A DNA stretch of 64,000 nucleotides from Anthoceros angustus (taxonomy: Eukaryota; Plantae; Anthocerotophyta), in contig VJWM01000063.1 in NCBI GenBank assembly GCA_010909165.1, positions 1,426,001 through 1,490,000 of the forward strand, written 5' to 3'. The position numbers and the translations under genes are program-made. Of the stretch, positions 1 through 9,114 are shown piece after piece. Each line of letters opens with the position of its first letter. Position 1 is the first letter of the stretch. The notes under the pieces were generated by a model. That model saw only the letters and a list, made by a program, of their open reading frames with translations. It was not told where the DNA came from and did not search any database.

Positions 1-1032
1 AAAGGTGGAGTGGGTTATCTCTATCGCCATCTCCAGCGAGAGGGCTGAGAGAGGCCAGCAATCCACCCGCCTTGTCGATGAATGTAAAACAGCTGTTGCA
101 TCACTGGCCATGCTAAATTTGCAGTCCAAGCGACTTTTGCTTTTGCTTTAGGAAAAGGTGGTCTCACGAAGGATGACGAATGAACTGCACGACGGTGTCC
201 CTGGATGATCACCATGACAGGTTCTGAAGTAGGCAAACAGGCTGCTCAGCAAGCATCAATGTCAGAGCGATGTCGTAAAACACGGCGCTCCGCTCCATGC
301 TTCTCGACACGTCGGTGGCGGCTCCAGAAGGAGGACAAAGCGAACTCATTGCAGGTGGTCCAATCAGGTCTGATCCAGCGCCCCTGTATTGATTTCCTCG
401 AGGCTCGCAAACCTAAAATTGCACCATGCGAGAAAAGAAACATCCCGAGATTTGATAGGGCGTCGCAGGTTTGAGACTGGCATGGGCCATTCATTCCTTC
501 ACAATTCCTCCCAAGAATTAGAGTGCTGATGACTATTTTTGGGCTTACTAGGGTTGAGCGAACTGCGAGCCGCGGCTACCAGCTGAACCAGCTCACACAG
601 GGGGCCAGAAAACGGTTCAAGCAATCCAGCATATCCGATTTTCACCACCTCGGGCAAGCTCTGCAAAACCTTTTCCACATCATATCAAATTGTGGGGAAG
701 CCCCTGAAATGAGGAAAACCACCAGAGAACCTAGAATGTGCAGCTCTGCAGTGCAGGATACTGCTCAACATTTCAGTGCAATCCAGTTACACTCCGGCGC
801 CGTTTCGGCCCCTTTACCATCTTGTTCTGTTTGGCTGAGTGATGTTTAGCGCCATCTCCTGAACGTCATGCAGATTGCTGTCAGAAGATCGACCGAGTAG
901 CGGTGGAGGAAGGTGATTGCACCAGGCTGTGGAAAATTCCGAATGAATTGGACGAGGCCTATTGGCTGGGGTGGGGCGCAACTGCTAACCCGCCATGCCA
1001 TTCCCGTGCGGAACCGGTGATGGCTCCGGTTA

Positions 1033-1217
1033 CTCTTAATGTTACTATTATTCGGTTCATCCCCGGCTCCAGTTTACGGATCAGACAGAATCAGGTCTCG
1101 CACAGAGGCACAGTTGCACAACTTCTGTGCAGGCCCTGGGTTCGTGTCAACCTCAATCTGTCAACTGCAAGCCTCGAAAATATATTCAGTCGGTTGGAAT
1201 AATAGTAACATTAAGAG
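1033..1217. repeat. Perfect 21-bp inverted repeat pair (1033-1053 / 1197-1217) around a 143-bp spacer
   Basis: CTCTTAATGTTACTATTATTC at 1033-1053; its exact reverse complement GAATAATAGTAACATTAAGAG at 1197-1217. No target-site duplication seen. Confidence 0.8.
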
Positions 1218-1507
1218 ATGTCACAACCCAATTTCTCCGACTCAGGAACGGTGAACACCGGAGGAGACACTACCATTCTCAATTCTCAAATCTGACTGAG
1301 CGAGTCGACTCCAATCAAATCCGACTTCACGACCGGCTTACACACCTGCAGGTCAGGCACTTGAGGCGCGACATTTCTGAGCACCATTTTGCTTGCCTCA
1401 AATGTAACCGTTCGCAACCCATGAGATTGTAATCACCCATGGCAGAACACTCAGATAAGCCATACGATTGACAGATGGCTTTGGCCACGGTTCCCAAACT
1501 TCTGAAG

Positions 1508-1973
1508 CAAACCATGCCCGGAAAGCTGCCCGATTGTAGCTGGGATAGAACCCCTATACAGTCCCTGCACACCCATCTGCAGCAGTGCTCATATAAGCTC
1601 GCTGCACTGAGGGTTGACGTCTGGACTCTTGTCTGCACAAACATACCCATGAATCAGGATCATGAAGGAAAATTTGATACAACAGCAGGCAGCAATGCCA
1701 GTAGTTTGGGAGTGGGAAAAACTGCAGGGAACTCAAAAGGCCAATATAAGAGTCCATTGACTCTAGTAACACCCGCCCACTCAAAAAAGTTAGAGAACGG
1801 AGTCACAACAACACTGGACGATCAATGAAAGTATCCAACTTGCCTTTAGATTGTGAAAGGCTGAGAATGTGCTTCAAAAGTGCCTTCAAGGGGTCAACTA
1901 GATGCAACACACAAGTTGACAGAGCACAGGCAAGACCACCAGCCAGGGCTGCCTTCAGCACACTTCCTGCGCC
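1508..1973 (-). pseudogene. Two-exon remnant of a mitochondrial carrier family gene (similar to the plant EF-hand/SAM-carrier-like carriers)
   Basis: Manual translation gives GAGSVLKAALAGGLACALSTCVLHLVDPLK, then a GC..AG intron (1883-1633), then TRVQTSTLS, a frameshift, and QMGVQGLYRGSIPATIGQLSGHGL. This matches the first carrier repeat. The Px[DE]xxK signature is degraded to LVDPLK, an in-frame TAA lies just upstream, and no further carrier repeats were seen. Confidence 0.7.
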
Positions 1974-2013
1974 TTAAGATTGCCTTGGAAGACGGGTCTG
2001 TTTGCCATAGTCC

Positions 2014-3153
2014 TTAATAACTGAACATGGGCACGGGAGGGGAATCAGGAGGCTCTAATTCGCTAACCCCAGGCTCCGGGAAGGCCGAGACGTAAGGCAG
2101 ATTGTCTTCAGGCACTCCTGCACTGTCCTGGCCATTCTCCACCTGCTCTTCTCCATCAGGAACATCTCCGTCCACTACCTCATTCTCTCCATCCCCGTCC
2201 ATTCCAGGCTTCCTGTCCGAAGCGGCAGCAACCTCATCTGCTGCATCATCTTCCACGCGCACTTCATCCGGCTTCATCGTTGCATCACCTCCATCAAGCA
2301 CATCCTCCACTTCATCCACGGGCTGGGGCATCAACATCTCAACCAGCTCGTGGTGATACACAGGTCCCCGGGACGTGCAATTCAAGGCGTCATCCAGGCG
2401 GCGAGGATTCAGCTTCTCCTCAATCTTGTACTTGGCCTTCACCTGCCGCCGTGTCCGACCAGGGAACAGGTGCTCGATCAAGCCGAAATCGGTCCCGAAC
2501 TGCTCCAACGCCTTGAAGAACCTATCAGTCTCCTCAGGCTTCCACCTGTCCACCTTCACGCGGTTGCTGTAGCTGTGGTAGTTCAGCTTGGACACATTCT
2601 CCTCCACCCTGGTGTACCCTTCCCCGTTCCGGCCCTCGGTGGCGTGAGACGATATCACCAGGCTCTCCTCGTTGATCACAATTCTTCCATCAACCACCTG
2701 CACCTGCGGAGCCGCCACAGCCACAGCCTCCACCCGCTGCCGCTGCCCATTCCTGGCTTCTTGCGCCACCAGCCTGTGCGCCGGCGCCTTCTTGGCAGGA
2801 TCGTTTTTGGCCTTGAGCCTCTCCAGTGCCTCTGCACGCCATATCAGGTCGCTCATTTTCATCCTCTGCGGGTCCACACCTTCCGCCTCCATCTGCTTCA
2901 ACATCTCCCGCGTGCCCATCCTCTTCCGCTTCTTCGTCCCGCTATTCTTCGCCGTGGCCTGCTTCTCCTCAGCAGCTGGCTCTGCTTCCTGGCTGGGAGC
3001 AGGCTGGCCGCCTCCAGCAGGCCGCACCTCTCTCGCATCCCTCTCCCTTTCAGCATTCCGTTGCGCTGCTGCCGTCATAGACCTTGTCACGCGCACAGGG
3101 TACTTCTTCCTTCCTGCCGCTGCCGCTTCTTCCGCCGGGGCAGAAGCCTCCAT
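2014..3153 (-). CDS. BDP1: TFIIIB B''/BDP1-like SANT-domain protein, intronless, ~379 aa
   Basis: Uninterrupted ORF. APQVQVVDGRIVINEESL is followed by the BDP1-type SANT domain RWKPEETDRFFKALEQFGTDFGLIEHLFPGRTRRQVKAKYKIEEKLNPRRLDDAL and an acidic tail. First ATG (MEASAP) at 3153. Confidence 0.9.
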   Translation of the reverse strand: MEASAPAEEAAAAGRKKYPVRVTRSMTAAAQRNAERERDAREVRPAGGGQPAPSQEAEPAAEEKQATAKNSGTKKRKRMGTREMLKQMEAEGVDPQRMKMSDLIWRAEALERLKAKNDPAKKAPAHRLVAQEARNGQRQRVEAVAVAAPQVQVVDGRIVINEESLVISSHATEGRNGEGYTRVEENVSKLNYHSYSNRVKVDRWKPEETDRFFKALEQFGTDFGLIEHLFPGRTRRQVKAKYKIEEKLNPRRLDDALNCTSRGPVYHHELVEMLMPQPVDEVEDVLDGGDATMKPDEVRVEDDAADEVAAASDRKPGMDGDGENEVVDGDVPDGEEQVENGQDSAGVPEDNLPYVSAFPEPGVSELEPPDSPPVPMFSY

Positions 3154-3553
3154 CCTCCTCCTCCACAACTCCTGCTCCTAAAATCTGGTTTGATCTCCTC
3201 TTTCCGCACGAGGAGCACACATTCTATAGGATCAGAAACGATCGATTCCAATCCAAAGAACAAACCTCGCGGAAACCTGCTCAAGCTCAAGCTCCATGAT
3301 CCAACAGCGTGAGGTGATTACACCTATTTATACCACTGCCCCAACTCCAGCAACTGCGAGGACAACGGATTTCGGGAACTGCTAAAACCATCTCGCGTCC
3401 TTCCATCTTTGTTTCCCAGTCAAGCAAAATTTGCGTCATGCACAATACAAGTATAGAATCTTCTCAACAGAGTGCCTGTCGATAGATAATTCTGGAAAGG
3501 TGGGTGTTTGTTGAAGTCTACCGCTTTCAGGTTTGCTGTCAGCATGCCACAGT

Positions 3554-3704
3554 CGGATGGGTTCTCGCACACTCCACTGTGCTCGCTTCTGCCGGATGGG
3601 TTCTCGTGCAGTCCACTGTGCTCGCTTTTGCCGGATGGGTTCTCGTGCACTCCACTGTGCTCGCTTCTGCCGGATGGGTTCTCGTACACTCCTCTGTGCT
3701 CGCT
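3554..3704. repeat. 39-bp minisatellite, about 4 copies
   Basis: Unit CGGATGGGTTCTCGYRCACTCCACTGTGCTCGCTTCTGC starts at 3554, 3593, 3632 and 3671, with no spacers. Confidence 0.95.
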
Positions 3705-3859
3705 GAAGAGGAAAAGGTTGTGGTACCAGTACTAGTGTTCAGGGACCAGATTAGCCGGATCAAAAATGGGAATGCACTGTTGTGTCTGCGTGCCTCCTTA
3801 AATGCAGACTGGGAAGCTCGTTCGTGCTCAGATTCAAGCAAGAGGTCTGGAATCGGATT

Positions 3860-4140
3860 TAGGGTTCTTCTGTGCTTCTGGCCAGCTGCTGCGCAGACCA
3901 AACAAGTTGGCAGAAGACACCCCTGCTCAAGGATATGTTCTTTCTGCAGCGCAGACCTGGGGCATCTCCGTTTTGACAAAGTCAAGCCCGGCAGATCACA
4001 AGATCGATACAGCAGTTCTATAAGTACCTGGAGCCTGGCCTCGATGTGATAACACTGAAGCCAACGGGAAGCCACCTGCACATTACCCATCACCGCACCG
4101 GGAAGGGACAAGGGCTTCCAGACCCATGCCCTGCTTGGAA
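3860..4140 (-). pseudogene. Highly degraded PLS-PPR remnant downstream of the DYW stop
   Basis: SKQGMGLEALV (about 4105-4140) and ALQKEHILEQGCLLPTCLVCAAAGQ resemble the adjacent P motif ([10 protein letters not shown]) and L/S motifs ([31 protein letters not shown]). Confidence 0.35.
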
Positions 4141-4168
4141 TCGTTGACTAGCTAGTTCTTCTTCATTC

Positions 4169-4565
4169 TTACGGTCGACCCTTACAACTGCAACCACCAG
4201 CTGCGAATCGATGCACACGATACCCATCCCTTACAACAATGTCTCTCTTTTCAACCCTTGACATGATCTCCGTGGAACTGTGGCAGTCACTGCACATGCG
4301 TAGATTCTTCGTTACCACCAGAGGTGTCCCACCGGAGTGTTCAAGAGACCAAACGCCAGAGCTAGCTTCTCAGCATGCCCACAAAGCATCTTCCTTTTCC
4401 TTCTCAGACAGTGGCTTCAGCACCAACTCTGTGTGAGGCACGTGGCCTCCTTCCTGCTTCAGACGTGTACTCATGCTCTCTACCGAGAGCAATATCATCT
4501 CTGTTTTCTCCCACCACAAATGTATGTACCTGCTTCTCACCTCAATGGTGCCACTGCAGGTTTCT
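4169..4565 (-). other. DYW:KP (KPAxA / HAE / GRP) deaminase-fold domain
   Basis: KPAVA at 4549-4563, HAE at 4369-4377, CSDCH at 4280-4294, terminal GRP at 4172-4180 instead of DYW. Confidence 0.9.
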
Positions 4566-7500
4566 TGTTAGCTCCTGCCACCATTCTCTGTGTTTCAATC
4601 CTGTCTACATCGGTCCACCTACCTGCATCTGCATAGGCATTGGCCATGAGCACATACGCCGATGCACCCTGAGGTCCAGCCTAACAATGCTTTCAAAACA
4701 CCATCGCCCTCTCTATATCCCCGTGACTCTTGCAGGAACTAAGCAAAGACGTCAACCCCACAGCATTGCTTTGGCTCCCACATGATAATAGCATGTTCTC
4801 TGCCTCATCTAAGTGACCTGCACGCCCAAGAAGATCAATCATGCAATTGTAATGCTCAATAGTAGGTTTGATGCCATGCTGTTCAGCCATGGAATCAAAG
4901 TGCTTGACCCTCATGGACCAGTCCTCATGACTGCATGCTAAAAGGCAAGTAAAGTAGCATCATCAGGCTGAATACCGGCAACTAACATCTCCTCAAAACA
5001 AGCTAGAGTGACCTTCATCACAAGCACCATACCCAGATATCAGGGCATCCATGTCACCACATCCTTGTGGCCAAGCTGTCAAAAACCTGGCGTGCATCTT
5101 CCAGTTCACCACATTTTGCATACATGTCCACCAGGCAGTGCCCACCAGTATGTTATCCAGCAGTCCTCTTCCACAATCTGAGTGCAGCTGCCTGCCCTTC
5201 TGTAAGGCACCAGTGCTTGCACAGGCCTTCAGAAGGCAAGCAAAAGTAACATGGTCAGCCAAAATCAGGCCCTCCTGCTCCATTTGTCCATACAACAAGC
5301 GCCTCTTGGCTGCTGTGCATACCCAGCTATCAGGGCCGTCCATGTCACCACATTTTTTGAGGCCAAGCAGTCAAAAACCCCCTGTGCATCTCATTTCTCC
5401 ACATTTTGCATACATGTCCACCAAAGAGTTGCCCAACACCATGTCATCTAGCAGTCCTCTTTTCACAATTTGAGAGTGCAGCTGCCTGCCCTTCTGTAAG
5501 GCACCAACGCTTGCACAGGCCTTCAGAAGGCCAGCAAAAGTAACATGGTCAGCCACAACTAGGCCCTCCTGCTCCATTTGTCCATACAGAACAAGCGCCT
5601 CTTGGCGAGCCCTTGCTGTGCATACCCAGCAATCAGGGCATTCCATGTCACCACATCCTTTGTGGCCAAGCTGTCAAAAACCTGGCGTGCATCTTCCAGT
5701 TCACATTTTGCATACATGTCCACCAGGCAGTGCCCACCACAAGTTGTCTAGCAGTCCTCTTGACAATCTGTGAGTGCAGCTGCCTGCCCTTCTGTAAGGC
5801 ACCAGTGCTTGCACAGGCCTTCAGAAGGCAAGCAAAAGTAACATGGTCAGCCAAAATCAGGCCCTCCTGCTCCATTTGTCCATACAGAACAAGTGCCTCT
5901 AGACGAGCCCTTGCTGTGCATACCCAGCAATCAGGGCATTCCATGTCACCACATCCTTGTGGCTGCTGTCAAAAACCTGGCGTGCATCTTTCAGTTCGCC
6001 ACATTTTGCATACATGTCCACCAGGCAGCACCCACGAGCAAGTTGTCTAGCAGTCCTCTTTGGACAATCTGTGAGTGCACCTGCCCTTCTGTAAGGCACC
6101 AGCGCTTGCACAGGCCTTCAGAAGGCAAGCGAAAGTAACATGGTTAGCCAAAATCAGGCCCTCTTGCTCCATTTGTCCATACAGAACAAGTGCCTCTAGA
6201 CCGAGCCCTTGCTGTGCATACCCAGCAATCAGGGAATTCCATGTCACCACATCCTTTGTGACCATGCTGTCAAAAACCCGGCGTGCATCCTCCAGTTGGC
6301 CACATTTTGCATACATGTCCACCAGGCAAGTGCCAAGAAACAAGTTAAGAGGGATGCCACTGTGCAACACATCACAGTGTACTTTTCTGCCAGAATCCAA
6401 GTCAGCAGCAACTGCACAAGCTTGAATGGCAGCTGCAAAGACATGAGCATCCGCCTTCACACCCGACCTACGCATCTCATGGTACAGTTGTATGGCCTCA
6501 GCAGGTTTCCCATGTTTAGCATGCGCGGAGATTATGGAAACCCACATGAAGGCATCTGGTTTGCCAACCCTGGTGAGCACATCCATGGCCTCTTGAAGCC
6601 TACCTGCACCCGCATACATGCGCAAGATATGGTTTCCTAAGTATACATTCGTCTGGTACCCAAGTTTGACAATAAGCTCATGAACTCGTTGCCCCACAAC
6701 CAAATCCTTCTTAGCTGCACACAGGCTTTCAAAACACCGGATCGCCCTCTATATCCCCGTGACTTTTGCAGGCATTCAGCAAAGACGTCAACCCCACAAC
6801 ATTGCTTTGGCTCACATGATAATAGCATGTTCTCTGCCTCATCTAAATGGCCTGCACGCCCAAGAAGATCAATCATGCAATTGTAATGCTCAATAGTAGG
6901 TTTGATGCCATGCTGTTCAGCCATGGAATCAAAGTGCTTGCGACCCTCATGCACCAGTCCCTCATGACTGCATGCTAAAAGGCAAAGTAGCATCATCAGG
7001 CTGAACACCGGCATCTAACATCTCCTCAAAACAAGCTAGTGCGTGACCTTCATCACAAGCACCACAGATATCAGGGCCGTCCATGTCACCACACTTTTTG
7101 TGGCCAAGCTGTCAAAAACCCCTCGTGCATCTTCCAGTTCGCCACACTTTGCATACATGTCTATCAGGCAACTGCCTACCAGTATGTTATTTAGGAGTCC
7201 TCTTTCCACAATCTGTGAGTGCAGCTGCCTGCCTTTCTGTAAGGCACCAGTGCTTGCACAGACCTTCAGAAGGCAAGCAAAAGTGACATGGTTAGCCAAA
7301 ATCAGGCCCTCTTGCTCCATCTGTCCATATACAACAAGCGCCTCTTGGCCAAGCCCTTGCTGTGCATACCCAGCTATCAGGGCCGTCCATGTCACCACAT
7401 TTTTTGAGGCCAAGCAGTCAAAAACCCCCTGTGCATCTCATTTCTCCACATTTTGCATACATGTCCACCAGAGAGTTGCCCAACACCATGTCATCTATCA

Positions 7501-9063
7501 GTCCTCTTTTCACAATTTGAGAGTGCAGCTGCCTGCCCTTCTGTAAGGCACCAACGCTTGCGCAGGCCTTCAGAAGGCCAGCAAAAGTAACATGGTCAGC
7601 CACAACTAGGCCCTCCTGCTCCATTTGGCCATACAGAACAAGCGCCTCTTGGCAGAGCCCTTGATTGGCATACCCAGCAATCAGGGCATTCCATGTCACC
7701 ACGTCCTTAGTGGCCAAGCTATCGAAAACCAGACGTGCATCTTTCAGTTCGCCACACTTCGCATACATGTCCACCAGGCAGTGCCCACCAGTATGTTATC
7801 CAGCAGTCCTCTTTGGACAATCTGTGAGTGCAGCTGCCTGCCCTTCTGTAAAGCACCAGCGCTTGCACAGGCCTTCAAAAGCAAAATGGGTTAGCCAAAA
7901 TCAGGCCCTCTTGCTCCATTTGTCCATACAGAACAAGTGCCTCTAGACCGAGCCCTTGCTGCATACCCAGCAATCAGGGAATTCCATGTCACCACATCCT
8001 TAGTGGCCAAGCTGTCAAAAACCTGGCGTGCATCTTTCACTGCGCCACATTTTGCATACATGTCAACCAGGCTGTTGCCCACAAACAAGTTAGGAGCCAT
8101 GCCACTGTGCAACACATCACAGTGCACTCCCCTGCCAGATTCCAAGTCCACCGCAAGTGCACAAGCTTGAAGCGCAGCTACAAATACGTGAGCATCCGCC
8201 TTCACACCTGAGCTGCGCATTTCATGGTACAGCTGTATGGCCTCATTAGGCTTCCCATGTTTCACATGTGCGGAGATTACGGAAAACCACATGAAGGCAT
8301 TTGGTTTTCCCACCCTGGTGAACACATCCATGGCCTCCTGTAGCCTACCTCCAGATGCATACATGCGCAATATATGGTTCCCCAAGTATGCATTTGACGC
8401 GTACCCAAGTTTCACAGTGAGATCATGAACTCGTCGCCCCAAAAACCAGATCCTTCCTAGCTGCACACAGTTTCAGCACAGTAAAACAGAGACTGAGAAA
8501 GGAGACAGTCTGCGCCAGAGATTCCAGGGCTCCAACGGCCTCAGAAGCTTCCCCTGCTGACATAACGTGCTCACGGTCACAGCCGTTATGACGCCCATTT
8601 CCGTCCCACGCCTGCCAGGCTCAGGCTTCTCCATGGGGCTCCACTTGGAGAGAGAGGAACCATGACCCATCTGCAAATCCAAGGAAACGAGCTCCTCATC
8701 CACCCAAGCTGGCTTGAACATGTTGTTTAACCACAGGACCTCGCCGGACCCTTTACGGCGGAAGTCAGGGGCACGGAACGTCTTCGTATCTCGCCTGTTA
8801 TCCCACCACAAGGTAGGGTCCAGAAAAAATTGCCTCCACAAGAGCTCCTGCTCCTGCCTACGACCATCGCTGGAGAATCCACCCGCACGTTTTCTCGGCA
8901 GTGGAAGTGCTGGGCTCTTTACAATGCTGCACCTGGTGGCTTGGTTGTTTCCCAGCGGTCGACTCCCTGAGATGAGATGAGCGGGAGTTCCTCGGATAAT
9001 TCCTGTACCCCCACCAATTTGTTGGGTACACGACGGATCCGGTTGCCATGCTGTGGCCATCAT
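4169..9063 (-). CDS. PLS-class PPR protein with N-terminal PDF (OSB-like) motif, two fused PLS arrays and C-terminal E1-E2-DYW:KP (GRP-type) domain; about 1,630 aa if the 1-bp frameshifts are sequence errors
   Basis: Repeated ~300-bp P-L-S triplets ([15 protein letters not shown] / [17 protein letters not shown] / [14 protein letters not shown]). P2-L2-S2-E1 block ([26 protein letters not shown]) occurs twice. Ends [52 protein letters not shown] (TAA 4169-4171). Many single-base deletions, so functional status is uncertain. Confidence 0.85.
6725..7030 (-). other. Internal P2-L2-S2-E1 block truncated and joined in frame to the second PLS array
   Basis: Duplicate of 4690-4990. Reads AIRCFES|[19 protein letters not shown] across the junction at about 6724/6725. 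Confidence 0.85.
8689..8841 (-). other. PDF motif (OSB/pTAC9-type ssDNA-binding repeat) in the PPR N-terminus
   Basis: [51 protein letters not shown] matches the OSB PDF pattern W..FF..P..WWDNR..K....PDF..K..GE.LW.....P.WV..EL (recognised by eye, not by HMM). Confidence 0.8.
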
Positions 9064-9114
9064 CCAAGCGCTGCTTTCGAGAGATAGGCCCACGACATAC
9101 TAGATACATATGTA

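Noticed and set aside
1-1000. Short ORFs at the window start
   Set aside because: No recognisable protein motifs or consistent splice pattern.
2350-3312. 320-aa plus-strand ORF (and 2672-3181)
   Set aside because: Antisense shadow of the GC-rich BDP1 CDS; no recognisable motifs.
3554-3704. CRISPR-like array
   Set aside because: Units are contiguous with no unique spacers, there are no cas genes, and the context is eukaryotic.
5051-8428. Plus-strand ORFs over the PPR region
   Set aside because: Repetitive antisense shadows of PPR codons.
4169-8470. Calling the PPR-DYW locus (and the neprosin copies) definite pseudogenes
   Set aside because: Lesions are almost all 1-bp deletions confined to repetitive DNA, while single-copy BDP1 and MO25 are clean and catalytic motifs are intact. 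This pattern fits unpolished long-read error; status cannot be decided here.
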